This document shows, piece after piece, positions 15,121 to 27,644 of a stretch of 64,000 nucleotides of DNA (within the stretch, counting starts at the first letter, position 1; the number at the start of each line of letters is the position of its first letter). This DNA is from Eledone cirrhosa (Eukaryota): contig OZ024747.1 in assembly GCA_964016885.1 (NCBI GenBank), positions 64,046,001-64,110,000 of the forward strand, read 5' to 3'. The position numbers and the translations under genes were made by a program. Under the pieces are notes generated by a model. The model was given only the letters and a program-made list of their open reading frames with translations, searched no databases and was not told the DNA's origin.

Positions 15121-15291
15121 ATATATGTATATATATATATGTATATATATATATATGTATATATATATATGTAAATATATTGTTATACTTTGGGAGGGTA
15201 AATATATATATATGTATAATATATATATATATATATGTATATACATATATATGTATATATATATGTATATATATGTATATACAGATATATG

Positions 15292-15322
<31 letters not shown>

Positions 15323-15381
15323 GTATATAAATATATATATATGTATATATATATATTATAGATGTAGATATATAGATATAT

Positions 15382-15966
15382 GGTGGCTGCCAACTCGTTT
15401 TCGAGTACGGCCACTACTTTATATCCATGTAGGAGAACCCCTACCGATGCGCTGAACGAATGTGACTTTTTAGTCCAGCCAGCGACTTGAAAACTCTGGT
15501 ACAAAGACTACACTTGTGACCATTATTGTAACATAGTGCAGGGCCCATGGTACCATGTGATGACAAGTGCAGAGAGATCTCCAGATATAAAGCAATGCCT
15601 GTGCTGTGAAGCTTTTATAGTGAGCAAAGGCACTGCACAAAGCCAGTCCCACTCTCTTAACCAAGATGATATTTACCAAAAAGAAGAACAAGTCAACATC
15701 ATTGGATACCATCAGGGTTGCAGGTGTTATATCAGAGTTTTCCTTCTCCTAGAATTCTGCCTTGACAAAGGCTAAGGGGTCATCTCTCCCAGTGATTTTG
15801 GATGGCTATTGACTCTTAAGAGCTCCCTTGCCCTTTGACAGGTTTTGTTTTTAGTCCTGCAGGATGTCCAAAGTCACCCTCCTCACCAAGAAACCTTGGT
15901 GGGGTTGCCAGTTTAGTCGCCAACGACCCGACCATGAGACAGGTTGTACTGGGATACATGTTACCA
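15382..15966 (-). mobile_element. Non-coding element of about 600 bp inserted in (TA)n, probably RTE-derived
   Basis: It is near-identical to 48265-48872 and to the left part of 31713-32026, with the same left boundary. The minus strand has CTAGGAGAAGGAAAACTCTGA, which resembles RTE 5' UTRs. Orientation is inferred. Confidence 0.75.
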
Positions 15967-16049
15967 TATAGATATATATATATGTTACCATATAGATATA
16001 TATATATATATATGTACATGTTACCATATAGATATATATATATATATGT

Positions 16050-16353
16050 ACAAGCAAAATCAAACTGGCATCTCATAACAACAATACGACACAATTATTT
16101 CACCTCAATTGACCCTGCTCTCTTTAACATTACACCAAAACACATTAGAACAGAAACAGACCCGATAATGTTCAACAAGTCTTTGGACAAATTCCTTCAA
16201 GATATGCCGGATAAACTTCCTACACCGGGATATGTCTCCGCAAACAGTAACCCTCTACTTGAGTGGGCCATGGTGCCCAAATCCTGATTTGATAGACTTC
16301 GCCAGGTTGTGCTATTAATTTAGACATGGCCTGGGCCAGTACTGGCCGAAAGT
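16050..16353 (+). mobile_element. CR1-group LINE ORF2 3' fragment
   Basis: It encodes [22 protein letters not shown]...[28 protein letters not shown] second copy lies at 32665-33025. Confidence 0.75.
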
Positions 16354-16380
16354 TATATATGTATATATATATATATATTT

Positions 16381-16570
16381 ATTTATTAAAATAACAGATT
16401 AAAGTTTAAGCAAAGAATCGCTCTTTCACCCATAAGAGTGAAAGAGCGATTCTTTGTTTAAACTTTAATCTGTTATTTTAATAAATATTTGCTCTACGTC
16501 TCTTATATGTTTGATATATATTTATCCTTATCGAGCCCTCTTTGGATTTTAGTCTTCAAATTTATTATTA
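16381..16570 (+). mobile_element. Family B fold-back copy
   Basis: Arms of 49 bp (16381-16429 and 16438-16486) fold inside hammerhead stem II, followed by the family tail tttgctctac...ggattttagtcttcaaattt. Confidence 0.7.
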
Positions 16571-16573
16571 TTG

Positions 16574-16653
<80 letters not shown>

Positions 16654-16813
16654 TATGTGTATATATATATGTATGTATATATATTTGTATATATATATGT
16701 ATCACTTGAGGGCGGCCGACCGAGGTAGAAGCATCTAAATGTTCGGTCGCCCTCATGTCTCTGATTTTCAGCCCCATGGATTTTGTCTATTATATTCCTC
16801 TGTTATATTTCGA

Positions 16814-16877
16814 ATACCTGATGATATTACCGGATTTATACTGAACCCGGTCATTGAAATGATCATAGTATAATAAA
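16814..16877 (+). ncRNA. Canonical-core type I hammerhead ribozyme followed by AATAAA
   Basis: Stem I ATAC/GTAT, core CTGATGA (16818-16824), stem II ACCGG/CCGGT, GAAA, palindromic stem III ATGATCAT, triplet AUA and then AATAAA. This is the typical Penelope-type arrangement. Confidence 0.75.
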
Positions 16878-17057
16878 CCTCTTAAGGAATTACACCAGTC
16901 CAGCCTCTTGTTATTTTATAATAATTAACTCCGTACTCGCACCACCAACTACACAAACGAAGGCGGGTGAGTTGCATTACGTTGATTGCTCTCCATAATA
17001 TTACATCCACGTTGACCATACGGAATAATCAGTCCTATCCAGTGGTGAACCAACAAA

Positions 17058-17621
<564 letters not shown>

Positions 17622-17827
17622 GATAAGTAAATAAATACATGTACTTATATATATGGTTATAGGTAATCTGTCAAGGTGTTTACTGAAGTGAGTGTATATC
17701 ATTCCAAATGTGTCATTTAAAAATACGACAGACACGTTTCTTGACTGCCATAATATTTATCAAATACAACAGCTATGTTGTTATGGTAACCCTCTGTATC
17801 TTTTCAGCTTATATATATATACATACA

Positions 17828-18150
17828 TATAAAGAAAAAAAGATGAAATCGAAAATGCAACTGGAGTCTTATTTTTAAAAAATATATATATATTTATTTG
17901 GTTCCTTTACGTGTTTCGCAGTTCATCTGCTTTTTACAGATGTGAGAAAAACCACAGACCCTCCATCTCAACTCTACTTTTGAAAAGTAGAAGAACTGCG
18001 AAACCGGTAAAGGAACCAAATAAATATATATATTTAAAAAAAAAATAAGACTCCAGTTGCATTTTCGATTTCATCTTTTTTTCTTTATACTTTCACTCGT
18101 GTAGGACACCTCGGTTATTTTTCATTTTGTAAAAAAAACCTCACTTTCTA
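17828..18150 (+). mobile_element. Family C fold-back hammerhead element
   Basis: Inverted arms of about 105 bp. The hammerhead at about 17977-18013 reads CTT TTGAAAA GTAG/CTGC GAAA CCGGT A AAG. The tail is ctttcactcgtgtaggacacctcggttattttt. Confidence 0.75.
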
Positions 18151-18191
<41 letters not shown>

Positions 18192-18283
18192 TATATATAT
18201 ATATATATGGTTATATATGTGTATATATATATATATATATACGGATACATATGTGTATGTATATATATATATATATGGATATA

Positions 18284-18316
<33 letters not shown>

Positions 18317-18440
18317 GGATACATATGTGTGTGTATGTGTGTGTGTATATATATATATATATATTTATACATATGGATACATATGTGTGTGTGCATATAT
18401 AAATATATATATATATATGGATGTATATATATATGGATAC

Positions 18441-18482
<42 letters not shown>

Positions 18483-18500
18483 ATGTATATATATGGATAC

Positions 18501-18531
<31 letters not shown>

Positions 18532-18628
18532 CACACATTTGACTCACTGTCTTTACAGTCTTTAAGCTATACGATTGATACCTAGCAGTGCTGTGTCCTT
18601 GAGCAAGAATCTGTATGTCTGGTTCTAT

Positions 18629-18925
18629 TGGACAGCATGCTTTGTAGCATAGAGTTACGGCCCTTTATGTTACGAGTACAAATCCCGCCGAAGTTAGCTT
18701 TGTCTTTCATCCTTACGGGGTCGATAAAATAATGTACCAATAACGCACATGGATCGATTTAATTGCCGTCCTCCTTTTCTTCCGAAAATTGTTGAACTTG
18801 TTCCTAACAACGGTTTGGTAGTATCGCTGGAGCGTCGGACAACAGGCTTTGCGTCAATTAGTTACGACTTTCTACGTTCTGAGTTGAACTCCCGCCGATG
18901 CTAGCTTTCGGAGTCGATCAAGTCA
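18629..18925 (+). mobile_element. Older, diverged SINE copies
   Basis: Degenerate box B and central domain occur twice. Confidence 0.65.
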
Positions 18926-19439
18926 ACTACCATCTTAACTATAATAAAGGAAGGTCTGCGGGATTGCGCCCCGAATATATTTTTTTTACCCCGTTTGTAA
19001 AATAAGTTGGATTACTTTGAATAATGAATGATTATTACATAATTCATGTGCTACATTTCGTGGTTGTTGATTAAATATATTTTATAGCTTATTTAAAGAT
19101 CGTTAAAATTCAATTCTTTAAAATTATCAAATGTCAACACTTCCGGTTAGCTGCCGTTATATTATAACACTTATAATCGCATATATTTGGCATTTCGACT
19201 TTTCACTTCATTCTAATTATTATTCTGATTATTAATTCAGTTATCACTATTGTTATAATTATAATTAGTTTATCATCATCATCATCATTATTATCATTAT
19301 CATCATAACTATTCTCATCATCATCTCATTATCATAACGATAACTATCATTATCATATCTGTTATATTTATCATTATCTTATTTTTATCATAATTATCAT
19401 TATTACTATTATTATCATTATTATTATAACTGTTTCTTC

Positions 19440-19713
19440 CTTACGGGGTCGATAAAATAAAGTACCAGTAATGAACTGGTTGATTGCTGGCCTTGTGCCT
19501 AAAGTAGAAACAATTATTATACCTGTTTCTACTTTTGGCACAAGGCCAGCAATACCCAGTGTATTACTGGTACTTTATTTTATCGACCCCGTAAGGATGA
19601 AAGGCAAAGTTAACCTCAGCGGGATTTGAACTCAGAATGGCAAGGGCCGTAACTCAATGCGTTAAAGCATGGCGTCCGTCCGACCCTCTACCGATACTGC
19701 CAATCCACCGCCC
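19440..19713 (-). mobile_element. Tail-to-tail SINE pair (plus-strand tail 19440-19518, full minus-strand copy 19523-19713)
   Basis: The inverted SINE 3' ends are separated by about 10 bp. Confidence 0.85.
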
Positions 19714-20124
19714 TTTACCATTATTATTATAACGACTTGAAAACAGATAATTCAATGACTTTAAAATGTCAGTCACCAATATTTCTCTTCGTCTGCCTCT
19801 CTCTAGAGTGGTTAAGTGAGATAATAAACGTCATGCTACTTGAAGTAAAACATAGAAGAAAGAAATAGGATTAAGGTGTAACAGATGTGACAAATATATC
19901 AATGGCTTAGTTATTGTTCAACGGAAAAATGTTTTACGAAAGCCATCTCTCGCTAGAAATAGCAATTAACTTTATTTTGTGTGTGTTTGTGTGAGAGAGA
20001 AAGAGGGAGAGCTGGCCATTGGCTGAAACATGCTAAGATGTTAAATGTATTAGAAAATATATGAATATGTTGAAACTGTATATATATATAAAGAATTGTG
20101 AGGGATGGATACTGAAGTTAGTTA

Positions 20125-20470
20125 TATTGGAGCTACTCTCCGAATATATGGGATACAGAGAGGTCTGTTGGCATGAACATTCTATTTGGAGAAAACAGAC
20201 TTGAAGTTCTAGTTCTTTCTTTTGTTCTGATACTTCTAAGATTATATACAGTTCTTGGACAGGTATATACATGTAACCTCTACACAAATCAAATATATTT
20301 AGAACTGAAAACTGAAATACAAGCAAGATGGATGGACAATATCCATGAGCTTGGTTGGTTTCACTTGGGAATCCAGCCAGATCAGTTTAAGACGGTTGCT
20401 TCTGAAAGGACTCGCTACAAGGAGTGTTTGAGGACTCTTCCCCCACGACCCTCCCAAGAAGAAGAAGAAT
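20125..20470 (+). mobile_element. Decayed RTE LINE 3' end
   Basis: QARWMDNIHELGW...LRTLPPRPS with a (GAA)n tail. Homologous to 25320-25625. Confidence 0.65.
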
Positions 20471-20499
20471 TAGCGTTGTAGTACTACATTTCATATTGA

Positions 20500-21300
20500 A
20501 AATAGGCCTCTTTCCAGTTTTAAGGGTCAAGAATTTACAACTGACATGCGCTTATCAGCTTTGTGAGGACAGCGTTTCACATTTTCCTTAAGCCTGTTAC
20601 AATCTTTGAAGGCCTACGTTTCACATTTGGCTCATGGGCATTACTGGTTTAGGTGGGGTGAAGTGGGGTGGTGGTGAGTAAGGCTAGTTCATATTTAGCT
20701 TGAGCCTGTTCCCAGTTTTGGTGACTTACACATCGCCCTGGGCCTGGGTCAGTTACTAGCTTCATGAAGCCGATTACCAGTTTCATGTGAGAGTGTGTTT
20801 GTGTGTGTGTGGGTGGGTGGGGGGGGGGGGGGGCATTTTCTATTGGTCCTGGCCCCCATTACCATCTTTGGAGGCTTTCGTTTCCAATCTGGAAAGAGTC
20901 TGTAACCAACTTTGGAGGCCCAAATTCCACATCTGATCTGAGCCTATTATCATCTTCGAGAGGCCTACATTTCACACCTGGCCAAAGTCTGTTTGCATTG
21001 TTTTTGGGGCGTGCATGGGAAGTGGGGCACATTTTACATCTAACCAATGACTATCTCCAGCGTCGGTAGCCATCCCCCTAATTTCACAATATCTGGCCTA
21101 AAACTAGATTTTTACGAGCCTGGCTATATATATGTCTCCTTGATAATAGGCTATACAATCTGGCCTTAATCTATATCTAGATTTGTGCGGGCGTGGTTAT
21201 GTATACCTGCTGGATAAGGGGTTATACAATTGTGCCTTAATTCATAACTAGATTTGTACAATTATATATCTCCTGCTTGATATGAGGTTATATAATTACA
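20500..21300. repeat. Two adjacent degenerate tandem arrays
   Basis: ggcctacatttcacat..ggcc..ttaccagttt recurs over 20500-21050, and atctggccttaa..ctagattt..gata..ggttatacaat recurs at a period of about 65 bp over 21090-21300. Confidence 0.5.
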
Positions 21301-22069
21301 GCGGCCAGATCAGATAGAGCAATATTAACATACAGCAAACATCTATTATTAGCTATGTATTTCTAGACAGCTAGTTCAAGAGTATAACATGTTGGGTTGT
21401 GTATTTTAGAAAAGATCTCCATAAAATGGAAGCAGCTGTTATGCATATTATAAATGAAACAACGAAGAGGAACTGTGATTGTGTTTATAATGAAAACATC
21501 AACAATAAACACAAATGATGAATACAAACACCGCTAAAATAAATATATTTCCACTAAATTTAGTTTGGCTAGTTAATTAGAAATCAATACTGCAGAGTCT
21601 GCTTGATTAAAACAACACAGCATGGCGTTTGGTTTTGTGTTTATTCAAAATTAAGCAGACGATATATTTATTTAAAATTTTATTTCTCTATCTATCTTTC
21701 AAATGATCCTGCTCTTTCGTTCTAACACATACAAACACATGCATTTAGACAATACTCACACACAAATATACAAAGATAAACACACAATCACACATACGAT
21801 ACATACACATTATTTTGAAACACAGAACAAAGTTCTCAACAGAATACATCAAGTGAGATGTTCTCCATTAGACTTACATGCACTCAGTACAAGACATATC
21901 AAAGGACCTTCGGCGGTCATCTCATGTAGAGTTAATTAAATAATTATGGTATGCTCTGTAAATATTTTCATTAAAAACAATAGATAAAAGATCGGCAAAG
22001 TAAAATCTAACATCTCCAGTAATAAAGGCAATACAATGACGAAATATAAAGATTCCGATATTTACTTAC

Positions 22070-22599
22070 CTAAAACTGAGACATATTTCGACGTTGACGG
22101 CATGTTTGCACTAACTACAGTTAGAAAAACGGCAAGTGATAGCAAGACCGCGATTGAGTAAGAGACCCTCTCTCCGGCATCCAATGGGATGAGAAAGCTT
22201 ATTACACACAAAATTGAGATGAGAACAAGTGGTACTATAACATTTAGTATATAGTAAAGAGACTTTCTTTTCAACACAAGGCCGAAGTGAAGCTGCATAT
22301 ACTCCGCCCCGTATTGCTTCGGTTGAGCGAAAGTTCCGATGATGTTCCACTCGCCGTTGTCTTTGTAGGAATCTAAGACGATTCCTTTGGAATGTGTTGT
22401 AAAATTGATTTCTTTGCGTGTGTACGTCCATTCTCCCAGCTCAAGTGTACAGCGTTGAGTATCGAATGGGTAATATGTGATATCTATATCACAATGTGTT
22501 GAAAAAGTGAGAGACACATCCCAGTGAACCATCCCAGTATATTCAAGCCGGATGAGATCTTCTTTTGCTCTGTCTCCTATCGGCTTCACTTCACCGGCT
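22070..22599 (-). CDS. nAChR-like Cys-loop receptor, 530-bp exon (Cys loop, loops B and C, M1, M2)
   Basis: Acceptor gttatgtttcag|A GCC GGT and donor TTA G|gtaagt. It encodes the C-x13-C Cys loop CDIDITYYPFDTQRC, loop B GEWTY, M1 LYYILNVIVPLVLISILCVISFLIP and M2 GERVSYSIAVLLSLAVFLTVVS. Confidence 0.96.
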
Positions 22600-24178
22600 C
22601 TGAAACATAACAACAAACAAATAACTAAATTAATATGTTATACATTTAAAGTTTCGTTTTTGGTCTCAATGTAGTTTTACTAAATAAAATGTTACAAGGA
22701 AAACAAACATGAAAGTTGAATACTTTACTGAGAATTAATCAGGGCATGTGAATGTTTCAGAAAGTTGTAGCAATAATTTCTGGTGGGAATTGAAACAAAC
22801 TCGATTTCCAGAAATTAAGTTTACGAAAACTGAAATTGAAAAGAATCAAGTATGGCAAAAGAAAGAAAAAATGAAAATTTCAAAAGAATTCTCTGTGGTA
22901 TTGCTCAGGCTGCTATTTTTAACTGACGTCATAGAAACTATTCAAGAATCATCGATATTTACTTTGGTTAAAATGACATTTTTGAAATTCATCTTGTATT
23001 TGGCCACAAGGTGTTGGCTATGATATTTCTCGTAGCTAAAGTTAAATATTATAATTCAGGTGAGACTCCTGATGGCCTGCATTGACAAAAATAGTTCTAT
23101 ATGTTAAAGAAAAAATTCTAATTAATATTTATTATGAGAAAACTATTCTAACATTTTACATAAGGGACTTTTGATGCAGGAGTTTGTGTCCTCTCTTTGG
23201 TGAGCGTTCTTGAAAATTTAGGATTTAGCAGGCGATGTTTTATAAATGTGCAGAGTTGATGAATACTGTATCATGGCACGACAAATGTGGTTGTCCTTGA
23301 AAAACTGTTTATCCAATTTATAAGAACATATTATTTCGTTAGCTATATATTTCGTTAATGTTATAGACTAAAGAATTTATATTAACTAAAATTGAACATC
23401 ATATCAGACACCCTGATCGCTGGAAAGTTTTTCAAAGATGATTATGATTCCATTCCATATTTCATATCGTTTTTTTTGGGGGGGGGGGGGGGGGGCTTTT
23501 AGCGTTACAATAATTGGAGCCAAGTATTCTGTTAGAGAATACCTTCTTTTTTGTACCTCATCAATCTCAAAGGAACTATGGTGAAACACGTTGATAAGGT
23601 GTGTGAATGTATGTGTGTGTGTATGCATGTGCGTGTATAGTGCGGTGTATGTATGTTAATGTGTATTTGTATGTATGTTCCTAAGTGTGTGTGTGTGTGG
23701 GTACATATGTGCATGCATGTATGTGTATATGTGTGCGATGGTGTGCATAGTCGGAAGTGTACAGAACAGCACAATGACTTTATCACATGTGTATGTGTAC
23801 AGTAAAGTAGTGAAGAATTTCCATTTTAATATGCGCGTGTATGTATATGTATGTATAGAAAGATTATGTTTGTATATGTGTACGTGTGTATGTATACGTG
23901 TGTATGTGTACGTGTGTATGTGTTTGTGTGTGAATGTATAGTACTGTAGTCAAAGACATATTAACGATGCGAGTGTTTGAATATATAGTACACTAGTTAA
24001 ATATGTATATGTACCCGTATGTAGTGATTTGTGATAGGAACATCTCAGGAAAGCGGGATAACAGAAGCTTTTCAGAGAAGAAAACCCCTCAAGCGAGTGT
24101 TTCTGCCCTTAATTTATGTATGAATATATAGTGCAGTAGTGTTAACGTTGTGCATGTACGTGTATTAATGTGTGCGTA

Positions 24179-24658
24179 TCATCATTATCATCATCACGAT
24201 CATCATCATCGTTTAACGTCCACCTTCCACGCTAGCATGGGTTAGACGATTTTGTTACATCCGAGGCGGGAATGGTCAGGAGACCATGTCTCACTCACAC
24301 GGAAGCGTCTGTGGCAGGTTTTTTGTACAGTTGGATGCCCTTCCTAACACCAACCACATTTACAGTGTGGGGCTGGCAGCCTTTTCACCGTGTCTCCTAC
24401 ACGGCCACTTTACAGGTTGGACTGTTGTGTCATCGACACAGTGGACGCAACGGGATGGGGTAGGGTGTGGCGGTGGAGTGTACATTGAGTTAAGAGGTGC
24501 CTACTGACTGTAGGTTTGTATGCAATGGTAGTCGGGTCTTCTGTACAACTAGATGGCACCAAAGGTCTCGATCCAGTGTCATTGTCTTAGAGAGGTGTGG
24601 GTGGGCAAGGTCAGTTTTTATCACCTCGTCCCAGGTTTTTCTTGGTCTACCCTCTCCG
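24179..24658 (-). mobile_element. RTE-type LINE 3' end with an (ATG)n tail
   Basis: The minus strand encodes GRPRKTWDEVIKTDL and the 3' UTR ends in (GAT)n. Confidence 0.75.
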
Positions 24659-24976
24659 TATGTATGTATGTATGTATGTATGTATGTATGTATGTATGTA
24701 TGTATGTATGTATGTATGTATGTACGTACCTATGTATGTATGTATGTATGTATGTATAGTACAGTAGTTAACGATATATACGATATATACGTACGTGTAT
24801 TAGTGCATATGTACGTATAGTACAGTGATTAACGATGTTTATGTACGCCTATTAATGTGTATATATGTATGCATAATATAGTAGTTAACGATGAGTATGT
24901 ATGTGTATTAATGTATGTATGTGTATTAATGTATATGTGTGTATGCATGTATAATACATAGTAGTGGAACACTTAC

Positions 24977-25086
24977 ATGTTATCAATGATAATTTCTGGA
25001 CTCCAAACTCGCTTTCTGGGTAGAAGTATAAAGGTGACATTATTATGCTGCATAGGGTACCATGTTAAAGACGGATCACTCCATTT
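24977..25086 (-). CDS. nAChR-like Cys-loop receptor, internal 110-bp exon (KWSDPSLTWYP...RVWSPEIIIDN)
   Basis: Minus strand reads ttgtttgtag|AAA TGG AGT GAT CCG ... GAT AAC AT|gtaagt. It encodes the WxDxxLxW and WxP(D/E)I motifs, and 110 bp is the classic size of this nAChR exon. It ends in phase 2, matching the next exon. Too short for the ORF track. Confidence 0.93.
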
Positions 25087-25300
25087 CTACAAACAAACAA
25101 AATAAGCAATACAGCAAACAAAGTATTTTGTTGAGGACGAATCACTTAATTTCTACAAACAGACAATACTGCAAATATAGAGTATCATAATAGCGGGAGA
25201 CCACTCCGTTTCTAAAAACAAACAGTTATACCGACATTAGAGGTAAACATATGTTACCATGCTAAAGATAGATAGTTCCATTTCTACAAACAAATAAACA
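25087..25300 (-). repeat. Three degenerate tandem copies (59-72 bp spacing) of the exon acceptor plus its first codons
   Basis: tag|AAA recurs with the AG at 25153-25154, 25212-25213 and 25284-25285. The copies read KLSDSSSTKY, KRSGLPLL* and KWNYLSLAW*, against the real KWSDPSLTWY. Confidence 0.8.
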
Positions 25301-25319
25301 ATACAGATACTGTCCAGTA

Positions 25320-25625
25320 GAGCCGCTACTTCTCCGAATTGAGAGATTGCTTCTCTGATACTATGGGCATGTGTTTAGAATGTCTCAGGAAAGAATCGCT
25401 GGACAGATTTTACGGGCAAAACTAACCGACAGAAGACCCATGGGCAGATCTCAAGCAAGATGGTTGCATAACATCCATAAGCTTGGTTGGTCTCGCTTGG
25501 GGCTCCAGCCAGATTAATTGGCGGCGGTTGCTTCTGTCATGATCTACTGGAAGGAGTATTTGAGGACTCTTTTCCCACAACACTCTCAGGAATAAATGGG
25601 CGAAAGAGGAAGAATAAGAAGAAAT
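25320..25625 (+). mobile_element. RTE LINE 3' end
   Basis: LLLRIE..YGHVFRMSQERIAGQILRAKLTDRRPMGRSQARWLHNIHKLGW with a GAA-rich tail. Confidence 0.75.
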
Positions 25626-26203
25626 TTTTCGATTAATTCTCTGAAGCTTTGTTTGAGTTTAACTGGCCTACAGAGTCCACATTTATGATTTTTGTTTGTT
25701 TCTAGTTCAGCTGAAGATATTATATCCGAATGGATGCACATTTACTTGTTCAACAGAATTTATGGGTCTTCCGTGTATTATTGCATTTTTCCTTGTTTAT
25801 ATTTCTGCCTTCGTTATAAATGTTGCTAAGATATATGAGAAATATCCTCATTTATCTCTTTAGTATAGGGCAATTTCATTTGACTGACACAATGCTTAAA
25901 ATGTTAAAAAGGTTAACTGATAGAAAAACTGAGATAATGCAGCTGACATATGCGATTACAAACGTTTACAATACTCATATCACATCACTATTCTACATAT
26001 CCTGCCTGTTTTTGTTTTTTTTGCTTTGATAGAACTTATTATAACAGACAGGCATCCATTGTAAGACGAGAAGATTATTTGCTGCGAACACAAACTTATT
26101 TCTTATTTCTTTGCTCTGTATCAACTCGTGTGAATAAAAGACATTAAAGCGATATCAAATCAGAATTATATATATATATATATATATATGAATAAATAAA
26201 TAA

Positions 26204-26296
<93 letters not shown>

Positions 26297-26344
26297 TATG
26301 AATAAATTGATTAATATATATATATATATGAATAAATATCAGAT

Positions 26345-26470
26345 AGGGTGTGCTGAAATACCAGGTGGACCCACCAGAGTACTCGATACATGGGGTAGTA
26401 GAGTGGGTAATATTAACAGATTCAGGGCCCCGACGGCTGAGCTACTCAGCTGTCGGGGTACTGAATCTTT
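26345..26470 (-). mobile_element. Diverged Family A relative (another at about 27640-27835)
   Basis: It shares accagagtactc.atac...gggtagtagagtgggtaata and the ccccgacggctgagct..cagctgtcgggg hairpin. Confidence 0.65.
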
Positions 26471-27265
26471 TCATAAATGAATAAATAAATAAATAAATAT
26501 ATATGTGTGTGTGTATGTGTGTGTGTGTGTATGTGTATGTGTGTGTGTGTGTATGTGTGTGTGTGTGTATGTGTGTGTGTGTGTGTGTATGTGTGTGTGT
26601 GTGTGAATAAATATTATATATATATATTTATGTGTGTGAGCATGTATGTATATATGTATCTTGTTTTCTTAATATAAACAACAAATAAAACAAACAAACA
26701 ACAACATCAACATTAACAATACGTAGAGCGAAATAGGAAATATTAGATTGAGAAATGATTTTATAAAACATGAGAAGGGGAAATTGAACTAAAAGAAAAA
26801 ATCATTGATGAGAAATTGGATGCTTTGTTCATGTTTCTCCACGTTCTTTTGTGATGTATTCTAAGAAGAAAATGTATTATTGAAATAGATAGACAAGACA
26901 GAGAAAATGGTAATGTCGTAATGTCGTTCAAATGTTTGGTAACACAGCCAAAGTATAAATGTATAAAGAAACTGTTTCGTTTGGCGACTATAAATCTGAT
27001 TGAGGTACATAAAGGTTAAGGTTGCTGCTTGTTCGGAATTTCACTCGAAATATTCATTTTAAAAGTCTTTTTGTTTAAAAATCCCGCTGGTGGAACACAT
27101 GCCCTCGCGTATGGTATGATTTGCTAATTTGCTGTGGAATTAACTGTCTGTATGTCTCTGTATATGGGCGTGCCAATAAGCAAGTAGGGCCGTCAACTAT
27201 ATAAGTTTGAATATAGATATACCTAGAACAAACGCAAAATATTTATTGAATATCCCTATCCGTAA

Positions 27266-27455
27266 ATAATTGTTTCTACTTTTGGAACAGGCCAGCAATT
27301 ACCCAGTACATTACTGGTACTTTATTTTATCGGACCCGTAAGGATGAAAGGCAAAGTTAACCTCAGTGGAATTTGAACTCAGAATGGAAAGGGCCGTAAC
27401 ACTATGCGTCAAAGCATGGCGTCCGACCCACTACCGACACTGCCAATCCACCGCC
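27266..27455 (-). mobile_element. Full-length SINE
   Basis: Head, boxes A and B, central domain and tail are all on the minus strand. Confidence 0.9.
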
Positions 27456-27481
27456 CTATACACACCGAAAACATGTAGTAT

Positions 27482-27644
<163 letters not shown>

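Noticed and set aside
25710-25790. Minus-strand peptide RPINSVEQVNV resembling the nAChR RPV exon
   Set aside because: There are in-frame stops on both sides and no fitting splice sites.
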